Counted from the first letter of the stretch, positions 28,936 to 41,005 are shown. The stretch: 64,000 bases of DNA from Polyangiales bacterium (GCA_044229975.1 JBGARZ010000003.1:32001-96000); one strand, 5' to 3'. Made by a program: numbers and translations. Notes: generated by a model from the sequence alone, not told the origin.

Positions 28936-31824
28936 CTAACGTGCCGCGGACGGAGCGGCGGCCGCGGGGCGACCGGCGCCCGCCGTCGCCTCGATGAGCA
29001 CGAACTTGTTCTGGTCCCACTCGTCGGTGACCTCGCGCGCGGTGCCGCCCGCGGCGGTCACCTGCGAGACCACGTTGGAGCCGTGCGTGCGCTCGGTGAC
29101 GAAGTACATCCGCTGCCCGCGGTGGCGCTCCAGCCACTGCCGCAGGTGGTTGGAGCAGAACGGCAGGTCGCCGCAGTCCAACATCGCGCAGCGACCGCCG
29201 GTGTAGAAGTTCTCGCCCTTCCAGTTCATCTGGTAGGCGCCGATGGGGTCGTGGTCGTAGCGGGCGTCCTCGCCCTCGCGGCCGTCCACCGAGCGCGCAT
29301 GACGACTGGCGTAGTAGCGCTCGAAGAGTGACCGCTGCGACCAGTGCCGCGACACGTCGACCATGTAGAAGTCGAGGCCCCACAGCGCGAACACGAAGGC
29401 CACGGCCACCATCGCGCGCGCCGCCATCGGTCGCGCCCGGTGCACCACGAGGCCCGCGCATGCGATCACCGCCACGACGCCGAAGCCCACGAGGATCGCG
29501 TGGTAGTTGAACGACCGCGCCGGCCACATGCGCTCGTACTGATAGGTGAAGAGCTGCAAGAGCCGCTGGTACCCGGGCGGCCGCGAGTTGCCGTCGTATG
29601 CGAGGTCGCGCGCCACAAAGGCCAGCACCGCGGCGCCAGCCACGCCCATCGCGCCGAGGCTAATGGCCCGGTACGCGTTGACGTCGCGCCCGAGCGCCAG
29701 CGCCTTCTCGGCTCGCTCGGGCGTATCAGCCTCCTGCAAACCGTAGAGGAGACCGTCACCCTCGATGTCGTCCTCGGAGCCCTTCGCGAACCACCACGAC
29801 GCCACCAGCCCTGCGACGCCGACTGCGCAGAGCACCACGCCGAGCGTCGTGTTGCCGGGCAAAGGCGTGCCCTCGGCCGCGCGCGGGACGATGCCGCGCG
29901 CCGATCCGACGAAGCTCGCGACGCCGACCACCAGCGCCGTCACGCCCACGCCGAGCGACCCGATGGAGGCACCCGCGTTGCGACCGCGGGCGAGCGACGA
30001 CTTGCCGAGCAGCCGGTCGAGCAGGAGCCCGACCATCACCGCCGCGCCCGGAATCGACGGCGCGATGTAGTGGTGGAACTTCGTGATCATCGCGCTGAAG
30101 AGCACGAACGTGAGGACGAACCAGAGCGTTCCGATGCGGGCCACGGCGCGCTGCGCGGCGGTCGCTTCGGGCGGGACGATCTGCCGCCAGCCGACGAGCG
30201 CGACGGGCACGAGGCCCGACCACGGGAACATCGCGTACCCGAGCTGCCAGATGAAGTAGCGCACCGAGCCGGTGTCGCCGTGCACGCCGACGACGGTGCG
30301 GTTGATGATGTCGTGCACCACGAAGCGGTCGAAGAACTCGTTGCCCAGGCGCCCGAGAATCGCGACGTACCAGGGCATCGCCACGACGAGGAACACCAGC
30401 GCGCCGGTGAAGGGGCGCGCACGACGGAGCAGCGACCAGTCCTTCGAGGAGACGAGGTACGCGCCCGCGATGGCGACCGGGATGACGAGCCCGGCGGGGC
30501 CCTTGCCCATGGTGCTGACGGCGCACCAGATGTAGAAGAGGACGAAGTAGAGGTCCTTCGCGCGGCGCTCGCGGCGCAGCACCGAGAGGGAGACCCCGCC
30601 CAGGATGGTCCAGAGCAGCCCCTGCAACACCGAGGGGAAGAAGGGGATCACGTTGAGCAGGCGCTCCCACTTGGGCGAGCCCGGGACGCTGTGCTCCAGG
30701 GTGTCGGCGCTGTTGCCCGCCGACCCGTAGAAGTACGTCTCCACGGGGAACTGCCGACCGCCCAGGCGGTTCATCCGCAGCATCTCCTCGCACTGCACCA
30801 TGCGAGCGTCCTCGGGGCAGGACACCACCATGGCGCGCGTGAGCAGGTACATGATCTGCGGCACGGCGAGCAGCAGGAAGAGCCCGATGGCCGAGTGCCA
30901 GAGCGACCAGCGGAAGCTCAGCCCGAAGAGGTTGACCTTGTAGGGCGCGCCCACGCGATCGCCCGACGTGATTGCCAGCATCAGCATCGACACCGCGAGC
31001 ACCAGCGGCCCGATGAAGGGCATGTCGGTCATCGCCTGGTGCGCGAGGAAGAACCAGTGCGGCATGGTCGCCAGCACGAAGGCCACAAGCATCCCCGCGC
31101 GGCGGCCGAAGGCGCTCGCGACGGCGCGATAGAGGCCCCAGAGCGCGAGCATCGCGAGGAGCGCGATGGGCACGCGGATGCACCACTCCTGAAACTGCGG
31201 CCCGCCGTCGGGCGCGGTCTTCAGACCGAAGAGCGAACCCACGCCCATGCCGAGAGCGCTCATCCAGAAGATGAGCACCGGCTTCGACATGAACCACCCC
31301 TCCTGGCCCCACCAGGTGGTGATCCAGTCGTCGCGCGAGAGGATCTCGCGGGCCACCTCGGAGTAGTGCGTCTCCCACGGATCCCAGAGGCCGTACGCGC
31401 CCGCCATCGGCAGATAGAGCGCGCCCGCGAAGAGCACCACCCAGAAGCCTTCGCGCTTCCACCACGGGCCGCGCGGCTCGTCGTCGACGCTCGATTGCTC
31501 GTCGCCGCGGAGCACCAGCGGCGAGTCGCCGAGCAGACCGAAGAAGCCCACCACCGCGACCACGGCGAGCAGCATTCCGAGCGGAACCCCCACGCGCAGG
31601 TGACCCTGTCGGGTCATCAAGACCGCGAGGCCGACGATGCCGGTGGCGGTGAGCGCCCAGTCGATGGGGCGTGGGCGACGCGGCGTGGCCCGCGGGGAGA
31701 TCACCGGCGGCGCCGTGACCTCGGGCGGAGCGACGTCGGAGGTCGTCGCGGCCACCTCGGGCACCGCATCCGACCCACCCTCAACAACAACGTTCTCGCC
31801 TGCTTCTTCTGTCTCGGCCGACAT
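28936..31824 (-). CDS. GT-C fold membrane glycosyltransferase (ArnT/PMT-like, GT83/GT39), paralog 1
   Basis: Same motifs as the neighbour: LWDPWETHYSEVAREIL, SKPVLIFW, MGKGPAG, TKFHHY, YQMNWKGENFYTG. Confidence 0.88.
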   Translation of the reverse strand: MSAETEEAGENVVVEGGSDAVPEVAATTSDVAPPEVTAPPVISPRATPRRPRPIDWALTATGIVGLAVLMTRQGHLRVGVPLGMLLAVVAVVGFFGLLGDSPLVLRGDEQSSVDDEPRGPWWKREGFWVVLFAGALYLPMAGAYGLWDPWETHYSEVAREILSRDDWITTWWGQEGWFMSKPVLIFWMSALGMGVGSLFGLKTAPDGGPQFQEWCIRVPIALLAMLALWGLYRAVASAFGRRAGMLVAFVLATMPHWFFLAHQAMTDMPFIGPLVLAVSMLMLAITSGDRVGAPYKVNLFGLSFRWSLWHSAIGLFLLLAVPQIMYLLTRAMVVSCPEDARMVQCEEMLRMNRLGGRQFPVETYFYGSAGNSADTLEHSVPGSPKWERLLNVIPFFPSVLQGLLWTILGGVSLSVLRRERRAKDLYFVLFYIWCAVSTMGKGPAGLVIPVAIAGAYLVSSKDWSLLRRARPFTGALVFLVVAMPWYVAILGRLGNEFFDRFVVHDIINRTVVGVHGDTGSVRYFIWQLGYAMFPWSGLVPVALVGWRQIVPPEATAAQRAVARIGTLWFVLTFVLFSAMITKFHHYIAPSIPGAAVMVGLLLDRLLGKSSLARGRNAGASIGSLGVGVTALVVGVASFVGSARGIVPRAAEGTPLPGNTTLGVVLCAVGVAGLVASWWFAKGSEDDIEGDGLLYGLQEADTPERAEKALALGRDVNAYRAISLGAMGVAGAAVLAFVARDLAYDGNSRPPGYQRLLQLFTYQYERMWPARSFNYHAILVGFGVVAVIACAGLVVHRARPMAARAMVAVAFVFALWGLDFYMVDVSRHWSQRSLFERYYASRHARSVDGREGEDARYDHDPIGAYQMNWKGENFYTGGRCAMLDCGDLPFCSNHLRQWLERHRGQRMYFVTERTHGSNVVSQVTAAGGTAREVTDEWDQNKFVLIEATAGAGRPAAAAPSAAR

Positions 31825-31934
31825 GGGGCGCCCGTATTACCAGAATCCTGACGGCGCGGGGCGTCCGCTCGTTGCGGCACTGCGGCATCGCACCAGCGAC
31901 CCGTGGTAGAACGCCGCCGCACACCCCATCGACC

Positions 31935-32019
31935 GCGAGGATGGCGGAACTGGCAGACGCGCCGGACTTAGGATCCGGTGTTTTACGACGTGCGGGTTCA
32001 AGTCCCGCTCCTCGCACCA
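31935..32019 (+). tRNA. tRNA-Leu (anticodon TAG)
   Basis: Acceptor stem GCGAGGA/TCCTCGC, D-arm, anticodon stem CCGGA-CTTAGGA-TCCGG, long variable arm, GTTCAAGTC T-loop, encoded CCA. Confidence 0.97.
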
Positions 32020-32064
32020 ACGCCTCGGACGAGTGACCGCGAACGGAAGAGAAGGGTCGACCCG

Positions 32065-32418
32065 ATGCCCCTGAGCCTCCACTCGGAATACCTGATGGGC
32101 TACCTGGCGGGCGCACGATCGATGGACCCGCGCGCCGCCGCTTCCCTCGCCCAGGCGGGCTGCGAGGACACCACCCAGTCCAAGGCGCTGCTCCGGGCGC
32201 TCGCGCTCGGGATGTCCGACGGGCGCCGCGGTCGCGCGCTACGTGAGGGTCACGAGGTGCGGCTGCACGTGCTCGCCCAGCTCACACGCGAGAGCAGCCC
32301 CGGCCCCATGGGACGCTCGCGCCGGTCGACGGTCATCCCCGCGGTCGACAGCGACGCGCCGAGCGACCCGTCCATCGCCATCGAAGACTTCATCCGCCAG
32401 GCCGCCGAGCTGAAGTAG
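32065..32418 (+). CDS. Small hypothetical protein
   Basis: ATG preceded by purine-rich GAAGAGAAGGG; plausible codon usage; no motif. Confidence 0.5.
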   Translation: MPLSLHSEYLMGYLAGARSMDPRAAASLAQAGCEDTTQSKALLRALALGMSDGRRGRALREGHEVRLHVLAQLTRESSPGPMGRSRRSTVIPAVDSDAPSDPSIAIEDFIRQAAELK

Positions 32419-33025
32419 TCGGCGGGCTCGCGAGGTCGCAGTCCCACAGCTCGACGTCGGCGTGCGCGCGCCGCGGCGCCTCCACCGACTGCGCGTGCGG
32501 CGCCCACGGCGCGAAGCGCCAGCCGTCGCTCGCGAGCACGAGACCCTCCAGCCACGCGGCCCAGCGATGCTCGCCCCGGGCACCCACCACCAGCACCCGT
32601 TCGACCAGCAGCGTTCGGCGCAAGAACCCTTCGCCCCCGCCCGCTTCGACCACCCGCACGCCGCGCGCGCACCAGCCGATCACCGAGCTACCGCGCCAGC
32701 GATCCCACGCAAACCAGCGACGGTCGCGGGGTCCCGGCACCATCCCGACGAAGGTGGCGCGGCCGCGCGTGATGGCCTCGGCGCTCATCCACCCTTCCAT
32801 CTGCGCGTCGGTCAGCCGAAGCGACCGATAGCCGTCGCGACCGGCCTCCGACAGCGCTCGCACCACCCGTGGGAGCCCCTCGTCGAGACGCGCGCGAGCG
32901 AAGGCCGAGGGCGCGATCGCGGGCGGGAGGTCCATGGGTCGCAAGCCCATCGACGGCGGCGCCGACGCGCACCCGAGGGAGAGCGCGAAGATCCACAGGC
33001 CGGCGGGGTCAGCGCCCCGCGGCAC
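32390..33025 (-). CDS. Hypothetical lipoprotein
   Basis: WIFALSLGC lipobox-like segment; Trp-rich domain; last gene of a minus-strand run; start uncertain. Confidence 0.5.
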   Translation of the reverse strand: MPRGADPAGLWIFALSLGCASAPPSMGLRPMDLPPAIAPSAFARARLDEGLPRVVRALSEAGRDGYRSLRLTDAQMEGWMSAEAITRGRATFVGMVPGPRDRRWFAWDRWRGSSVIGWCARGVRVVEAGGGEGFLRRTLLVERVLVVGARGEHRWAAWLEGLVLASDGWRFAPWAPHAQSVEAPRRAHADVELWDCDLASPPTTSARRPGG

Positions 33026-34709
33026 CGTCCGATTCCCAACGCATCCACAACCCCTGGACGCTGCTCCCAGCGCCGCGACGCGCCTCGACCGTGAGCCGCT
33101 CGGCGCCCGCGCCGCAGCGCCGCACCGCGACGCTCCCGCTGGACTCCTCCGACGCAAGCAAGGCCCCCGACGCGTCACGCAGCGTGAGGGCGATGGGCTC
33201 GTCCCCGCCCGCCGCCACGCCCACGCGGACGCATCGACCATCGGGCCGATCGACCTGCTGCGATGCGACGCCGCCCGCTGCCCATTGCACGGGCGTCGGC
33301 GCTCCCGCGAGCCGCAGACCTGCATCGGCGAGCGCGATCATCGTCAGCGCCGACGCGGTGGTCTCCGGAGCGCCAGTCGGCGCCCATGGTGGTGTCGCGA
33401 AGGAGAGCGAGCGCATCTGCACCGCGCCCGATCCACGCTCGGCCATGACGCGCGCCGCGGTGTTGAGCACCGCGGTGCCCGCGCATCGTGCGACCGCCGA
33501 GACGGCGCCGCGTTGGAGTCCGCCCGTGACCCGCGCCGGAACCTCCTCCACCGCCTCGACGCGCACCCGCGCCACGGAAGGAGCACCACCAGCCAGCACC
33601 ATCGCGCACCGCCCCGCGGCGACCGACAGCGGCCGCGCACGCATCTCGCCCGGTTGCAGCGTGATGGGCGCCAACGCTACATCGCTCTGCGGCGCTGCGA
33701 TCTGCGCCGCCGTCAACCGCGTCGTCACCGAGGCGAGCGACTGCTCGACCGTCTGCTGGTCCCCGACGCCACGCCGCACGCCGAGCCACAGCGCTCCTTC
33801 GCCCCCGACGCTCGATGCGTCGGCGTTGAACGCGTGCAGCACCACCGCACCGCCGCCCGACCGTCGCTCGACGCGCACCGAGAGCGGCCCTTCAGCCCCC
33901 GGGCAGAACTGCGCCGCCGCGTCGCGACCACCCTGCGGATCACCCGCGAGCTCGTCGAGGTCGCCGTCGAGGACGCTGACCGTGAGCGAGCTCGACTCCT
34001 CCACCGAAAACGCCGCCACCGTGTAGCAGCGGTCAGGCGTCACCTGGAGCGGGAGGATCATCGACCCCGCGCCGCCGAAGTCCACCGAGCGGGGGTCGCC
34101 GTAGCCCTGAAACCCACGGCGCGCGATGCCGTCGCGAAAGGCGGTGAGGCGACGCTCGAGCGCTCCGTCGGCGCCCGCTGCGCCGGTCGCCGCGCCCGGG
34201 TGTCCACCCATCGCGCGCGCCACGGCGTTGAGCCCCTCCCGGTCGCTCGCAAAGACCAGCACTGCGTAGGCGCCCTGCCCCTCGAAGGCTTCGAGCGCGT
34301 GATAGACCCGGCGCGCCGTCGTGGCGCAGAGCTGCACCGTCGGGTGCGCGTCGACCTCGACGTCCTCCACCACGAGGTCGCCGCCCGGATCGAAGAGGTG
34401 CGCGTCGAGGTCGCGGATGGCCGGCGACCCCACCGCCACGATGGACACGCACTGCCCTGCGGCCACCTCCACCGCGTGCGTCACCTGCCCATGCGGCGCG
34501 AGAAAGCCGCGCGCCAGCACCCGATCGAAGCGCACGCCGCCCACCGCCACGCTCGCGCGCAGCTCGTCGACCCGCCCGCGCAACACATCGTCCTGAACGC
34601 CCGTCGACGCTCCCGTCGCGCTCGTGGTGGTCGTGGTGGTCGTCGACGGGAGCTGCGAGTGGCAACCGAGCGCCGACGCGACCGCGAACCCCAACACCGC
34701 GCGCCTCAT
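33009..34709 (-). CDS. Lipoprotein with four tandem two-Cys beta-sandwich (PPC-like) domains
   Basis: Lipobox ALGC, Thr-rich linker, repeated G-x-C...DLD...D...P-x-V-x-x-C...G-x-G units. Confidence 0.7.
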   Translation of the reverse strand: MRRAVLGFAVASALGCHSQLPSTTTTTTTSATGASTGVQDDVLRGRVDELRASVAVGGVRFDRVLARGFLAPHGQVTHAVEVAAGQCVSIVAVGSPAIRDLDAHLFDPGGDLVVEDVEVDAHPTVQLCATTARRVYHALEAFEGQGAYAVLVFASDREGLNAVARAMGGHPGAATGAAGADGALERRLTAFRDGIARRGFQGYGDPRSVDFGGAGSMILPLQVTPDRCYTVAAFSVEESSSLTVSVLDGDLDELAGDPQGGRDAAAQFCPGAEGPLSVRVERRSGGGAVVLHAFNADASSVGGEGALWLGVRRGVGDQQTVEQSLASVTTRLTAAQIAAPQSDVALAPITLQPGEMRARPLSVAAGRCAMVLAGGAPSVARVRVEAVEEVPARVTGGLQRGAVSAVARCAGTAVLNTAARVMAERGSGAVQMRSLSFATPPWAPTGAPETTASALTMIALADAGLRLAGAPTPVQWAAGGVASQQVDRPDGRCVRVGVAAGGDEPIALTLRDASGALLASEESSGSVAVRRCGAGAERLTVEARRGAGSSVQGLWMRWESDGAAGR

Positions 34710-36046
34710 CGCGACGCCCCCTGTCGATATCCCCACAGCACGAACTCTCCTCGCCCCGACGGCGTGCGCGCGTGAAGGTACGCGGGCGTGGTGCGCGTCG
34801 GGCAGCTCCAGACCTGGGCGGGCGACCGCGCCCCCGTAAATGCCGACAACACGGCTCCGTCACGACGGGTGAGCCAGAGGTCCACCACGCCCGGCGAGCC
34901 GTCCGCCACGGCCGCGAAGCGCTGGCACTCGCCCGCTCGCAAGAGCACCGGGAGCGTGTGCTCGGCGCCCAGCCACGCCGAGCCGATGGTCGGCCGCAGG
35001 GTCATGGTCCAGCCCTCCGCGCGGGCCGATGCGTCGAGGGCGACGGCCGCTGCGCGAAGCCGGTCGGGCACCGTTCCCGCGGCGAGTGACGCGTCGGGCG
35101 TCGGCGCCTCCGCCAACGCGAGCGACCACTCGCCGGAGCCCGAGTAGAGCCGCAGCTCCACCGCGTGCGGCCCGCTGTCGCGCGCGCAGAAGGTCACCTC
35201 CGGCCGCGCGTCGAGACCGAGGTCCTGCCCGAGCACCTCACCCGACGGCGCGCGCACCACGAGATCGATGTCCTCCACGCGCTCACCACCAAACGCGATG
35301 GCCGTGTAGCAGCGACCGCCCGAGAGGTTCCACGGGTGCTGCTCGCTGCGGCCGCGCGGCATGTTGCCCTGCACCACCGCCCCTTCGCGCCGGAAGCCCC
35401 GCGCCGTCATCGCCGCGAGCGCCGTCTCGATGGCCTCGTTGGGTGGCCGCGTAGCCGGGTCGCGCCCGAGCGCACCGCGCGGCGTACGCACCCCGTTGGA
35501 GACGCCTCGCGGCCGGTCGCGCAACACGTCGCCGAGCGGGGGCGCCAGCGTCGGCGGATCGGCCATGCCCAGCACCGCGACCTCACCGCTACCCGCGACC
35601 GACGTCGCCACCACGAACATCGTCACGGGCCCCGCCGCGCAGGCCCGCACGAAGGGGTGCGCGTCGTCGCGCGTGTCGTGACCGAGCTCGACGCCCTCGC
35701 CATTGAGCACCCGCAGGTCGAGGTTGGCCGTCTCCGGCATACCCACCACGGTAAACCCGAGGCACTGCGCCCGCTCGGTGCGAACCGTCACCCCGTGCGA
35801 GCGACCACTGCGCAGGAAGGCAACCGACGCCTCGTCGAAGGGGTGCGCCCCGCGCTCACGAAACGCCGCGCGCACCTGCGCCACCCGCTCGGCGAGCTCG
35901 GGCACCGGCGCGATGGAGACGACGGGGTCGCGTGACACGACGGGCGCGGCGACCGTGGGCGGGCGAGCGGTGGCGCAGCTCATCATCAGCGACGCCATCG
36001 CGAGGCCAGGGGCCGACGAGCGTCTACGCAGCGCGGTGGGCTCCAT
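34706..36046 (-). CDS. Lipoprotein with three tandem two-Cys beta-sandwich (PPC-like) domains
   Basis: LMMSC lipobox-like; same repeat unit as the downstream gene; ATGA coupling. Confidence 0.7.
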   Translation of the reverse strand: MEPTALRRRSSAPGLAMASLMMSCATARPPTVAAPVVSRDPVVSIAPVPELAERVAQVRAAFRERGAHPFDEASVAFLRSGRSHGVTVRTERAQCLGFTVVGMPETANLDLRVLNGEGVELGHDTRDDAHPFVRACAAGPVTMFVVATSVAGSGEVAVLGMADPPTLAPPLGDVLRDRPRGVSNGVRTPRGALGRDPATRPPNEAIETALAAMTARGFRREGAVVQGNMPRGRSEQHPWNLSGGRCYTAIAFGGERVEDIDLVVRAPSGEVLGQDLGLDARPEVTFCARDSGPHAVELRLYSGSGEWSLALAEAPTPDASLAAGTVPDRLRAAAVALDASARAEGWTMTLRPTIGSAWLGAEHTLPVLLRAGECQRFAAVADGSPGVVDLWLTRRDGAVLSAFTGARSPAQVWSCPTRTTPAYLHARTPSGRGEFVLWGYRQGASR

Positions 36047-36061
36047 GCGGCGGATCGTAGT

Positions 36062-37672
36062 CTACGCCGGTCGTTCGAGGCGTTGGAGCTCGACGTCGAG
36101 GCCGCCGAGGTCGACCCGCTGCCACTGCGTGAGCTTGAGCCCGGCGCGAACACCAGCCTGCCGCACCCGATGATCCATCGGGCAGAGCCACACCATGCGA
36201 CCGCCCGGAACGAGCGAACGCGCGACGTGGGAGACGAAGCGTTCCAGCAACGACCCGACGTCCTGACCAAAGCCCACGCGGTGACCCATCGGAGGGTTGG
36301 TGATGATGAGCGAGACGCCCTCCGGCGCCGGGTCGAGGGCGTCGCCCTTCACGAAGCTCACCCGCGCGAAGCCCGTGAGGTTGAGCCGCGCGGCGTCGAG
36401 CGCCTTCGCGTCGAGGTCACGACCTTCCATGCGCGCGTACGGACCCAAGCGGCCGCGCTCGACGAGCTCCAGGCCAGACCCGACGAAGGGGTCCCACACC
36501 ACGTCCTCGGCGAAGGCGCCCGCGACACGGGCGAGCGACGCCGCGACCGTCGGGTGCGAAGAGGCGGCAACCTCCGCCCGTCGATAGCCGAAGCGCGGAT
36601 CGTTCAAGCGCCGCGGCCGCAGGAACACCTGCACCCGGTCGGGCATGTCGCGCACCTCGATCTCCCAGGTGGAGTCCTTCGGGTCGTTGACCAGTGCGGG
36701 ACAGAGCGCCGCGATGCGCGACACGCAGCGCCAGGTGAGCGCGCGCTGGTGGCCGCCCTCCGCCCACGCGAGGCGGTAGCGGATGGTGCGGACGGTGAAG
36801 CTCTCCAGGATGCGCAGCGAGCCCTGCGAGAGCACCGCCGCGACGACGGCGTCGGCGAGGTCACCGCCCGGCTGCTTCATCACCGGCGGAATCACGAACG
36901 CGAGGCTCTGGAAGATGCGCGACCGGAAGATGGTCTCCAGCGATCCCGACAGCATCACGCGGACGCGCCCGGGGCCCACCACCACGGGACCCCACGACGC
37001 GTCGAACTCCGCCGCCAGCAACGACTCCAGGCCCCGCTTGCAGGTGAGCTCCACCGTCGCCGCCGCGCGCGGAACGCCTCGGCCCTCCACCGTCGACCCG
37101 GTGCCCCGGTGCATGGTGCGCTCGACCATCAGCGTCGCCTGCTCGATGGCCTTCTGCAGCCGCGGATCACCGCTCGCCACCCGCTGCATCAGCGCGCGCG
37201 TCTTGATGCCCCCGACGCGCCCGAGCGACGTCGCGATGGACACCCGGTGGTCGATGCGCTCCTCGCGATCCCACGCGGCGAGCAGCGCGTCCTCGGCCTC
37301 GGGCACCGTCGAGCGACCCAGCGCCAGCACCGCGTTGCGCCTCGTCTTGGCGTCCTCGTCTTCGAGCCGCGCGATGACCCAGCGCCACATCTCGTCGGCG
37401 CGCGCCCCCAGCGTCGGCACCGCGAGCAGCTTGCCGATGAGCTTCACCAGCCGTCCCCTCAGCGGAGGCTTCGAGCCCGAGAAGCGCTCCAGCGCCCGGT
37501 CGAGCGCCTCTTCGGGGTGCGCGAGCACCGCCCGCAGGATGTCTTCCACGGCGTCATCGTCGTCGGTGCCCAGCGACGCCACCAGCGGGTCGATGTCCTT
37601 GCGCTTCGGGGTGAACCCCTTGTCGCGCAGAGCCACCAGCAGCGCCCTCCCCTGTCGTTGCGCGAGTTCCAT
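36062..37672 (-). CDS. HEAT-repeat + THUMP-like + class I RNA methyltransferase (RlmL/Trm11-like)
   Basis: HEAT-like RRNAVLALGR and IATSLGRVG; TCKRGLESLLAAE; VWDPFVGSG motif I; ITNPPMG motif IV. Confidence 0.75.
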   Translation of the reverse strand: MELAQRQGRALLVALRDKGFTPKRKDIDPLVASLGTDDDDAVEDILRAVLAHPEEALDRALERFSGSKPPLRGRLVKLIGKLLAVPTLGARADEMWRWVIARLEDEDAKTRRNAVLALGRSTVPEAEDALLAAWDREERIDHRVSIATSLGRVGGIKTRALMQRVASGDPRLQKAIEQATLMVERTMHRGTGSTVEGRGVPRAAATVELTCKRGLESLLAAEFDASWGPVVVGPGRVRVMLSGSLETIFRSRIFQSLAFVIPPVMKQPGGDLADAVVAAVLSQGSLRILESFTVRTIRYRLAWAEGGHQRALTWRCVSRIAALCPALVNDPKDSTWEIEVRDMPDRVQVFLRPRRLNDPRFGYRRAEVAASSHPTVAASLARVAGAFAEDVVWDPFVGSGLELVERGRLGPYARMEGRDLDAKALDAARLNLTGFARVSFVKGDALDPAPEGVSLIITNPPMGHRVGFGQDVGSLLERFVSHVARSLVPGGRMVWLCPMDHRVRQAGVRAGLKLTQWQRVDLGGLDVELQRLERPA

Positions 37673-37675
37673 GGA

Positions 37676-39349
<1,674 letters not shown>

Positions 39350-39517
39350 CGGTCTTTCGCCTCTGCGGGGGAGTATCTCCGGTCGTCTGGCGAACGAGCC
39401 CGTCGCCCTCCCGGGACCGTGTTTTCTATCACGACTCACGTCGGCCCCGTCCAACCCGAACGCAACCCCCGAACGTCCCGCACACCCTTTCACGCGGAGC
39501 GCGCTTCCGGGACGGAG

Positions 39518-41005
39518 ATGAGTCATCCTCCGGCCTGGAGACTCAACCCACCCGTGCGCCACACGCTCGTCATCTCGGATGTGCATCTGTGCGAGGGCGT
39601 CCCCGGCGACGACCTCTGGATGCGCTGGCGTCAGAACCCGTACTTCCCGGACACGGAGTTTGGCGCCGTGGTCGACCACCTCCTGGGCTCGGCCCTCGAC
39701 GATGGCGACCTCGTCGACCTCGTGTTCAATGGAGACCTCTTCGACTTCGACGCCGGCCGCGTGATGGACGGCAAGGCCCAGTTCGAAGACCTCCCGCGCA
39801 CCGAGTCCATCGCCATCGACCTCATCGATCGCATCCTCGTCGACCACGAGGGCTACGTGGCCGCCCTCGGTCGCCTGCTGCGCGCGGGCCATCGGGTGAT
39901 CTTCGTGTCGGGCAACCACGACCCGCAGCTCGGCTTCCCGGGCGTCCGCATCCGCCTGCGCGAGAGGCTCGCCGCCGCCGCCGGGCACGCCCGCTTCGGC
40001 GATCAGGTGCTCTTCCGCGCGTGGTTCTGGCAGGGGCCCGACGGCATCCACGTCGAGCACGGCAACCAGTACGACACGTACTGCTCGTTCCGGTACCCGA
40101 TGGCGCCCTTCCTGCCGCCTGAGCGCGGCAAGGATCGCGAGATCCACGCCACCGTCGGCTCCATGGCCTTCCGCCTCCTCGGTGCGCGCCTGGGCTTCCT
40201 CAACCCCCACGTCGACACGTCCTTCCTCATGGACCTCGACGAGTACCTGCGACACTGGATCAAGCACTACCTCTTCACCGACCACTCGCTCGCGGTGACG
40301 TGGTTCAAGGGCGCGTACACCATCGCGACGCGCGTCGCGCTCGGTCGCGACAAGGGCTCGCCCGACCGCGCCGACCAGGACGTGCAGGCCGCCTCGCACG
40401 AGACCGGCGCCGACGTCGACGACATCGCCCAGCACCGCGCCCTCTTCGCTGCGCCCGCCGAGGAGTCGTTTCACCGCGTGCTGCGGGAGTTCTGGGTCGA
40501 CCGCATGACCCTCGGCGCGCTCTCCACCATCGCCATCGTGACGCCGCTGCTCTTCCGCAACCGCACGGCGGTGGGCATCGCCGTCGGCCTGCCGCTGCTC
40601 TTCGCGGCGTACGAGCTCGCGACGCCGAAGATCACCCTCGACGACAACTACCGGCACATCGCCACACGCGCCGAGACCATCCAGAAGATCTACCGCTTGA
40701 AGGCGGTGATCTTCGGCCACACACACGTCCCCTACGGGCGCTGGCAGGAGGGCGTCTTCTACGGCAACTCGGGCACCTGGTCGGCCGCCTACCGCGACCT
40801 GGAGTGCAGCGTGCCGGTCGACCCGCGCGGCAAGCCCGTCATCTGGCTGCGCGCCGACCGCGGTCGCCTCTCCGGCGGCCTCCACCGCTGGAACGGCCAC
40901 GCCCTCGTGCCCGACTTCGAGAAGATCGCGCCCGTCGACCACGCGCACTTCAGCGAGTCCGTTCCGCCGCCGCCCGATGGCGAGCCCGTGACGGTGCCGA
41001 CGTGA
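39518..41005 (+). CDS. Calcineurin-like metallophosphoesterase (LpxH-like) with two C-terminal TM helices
   Basis: ISDVHL, NGDLFD, GNHD, EHGNQYD and FGHTH motifs; hydrophobic hairpin before the last motif. Confidence 0.85.
   Translation: MSHPPAWRLNPPVRHTLVISDVHLCEGVPGDDLWMRWRQNPYFPDTEFGAVVDHLLGSALDDGDLVDLVFNGDLFDFDAGRVMDGKAQFEDLPRTESIAIDLIDRILVDHEGYVAALGRLLRAGHRVIFVSGNHDPQLGFPGVRIRLRERLAAAAGHARFGDQVLFRAWFWQGPDGIHVEHGNQYDTYCSFRYPMAPFLPPERGKDREIHATVGSMAFRLLGARLGFLNPHVDTSFLMDLDEYLRHWIKHYLFTDHSLAVTWFKGAYTIATRVALGRDKGSPDRADQDVQAASHETGADVDDIAQHRALFAAPAEESFHRVLREFWVDRMTLGALSTIAIVTPLLFRNRTAVGIAVGLPLLFAAYELATPKITLDDNYRHIATRAETIQKIYRLKAVIFGHTHVPYGRWQEGVFYGNSGTWSAAYRDLECSVPVDPRGKPVIWLRADRGRLSGGLHRWNGHALVPDFEKIAPVDHAHFSESVPPPPDGEPVTVPT

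Noticed and set aside
31935..32418. tRNA-Leu as an integration site for a genomic island
   Set aside because: No integrase downstream, no duplicated tRNA 3' end seen in the window, and no obvious compositional shift
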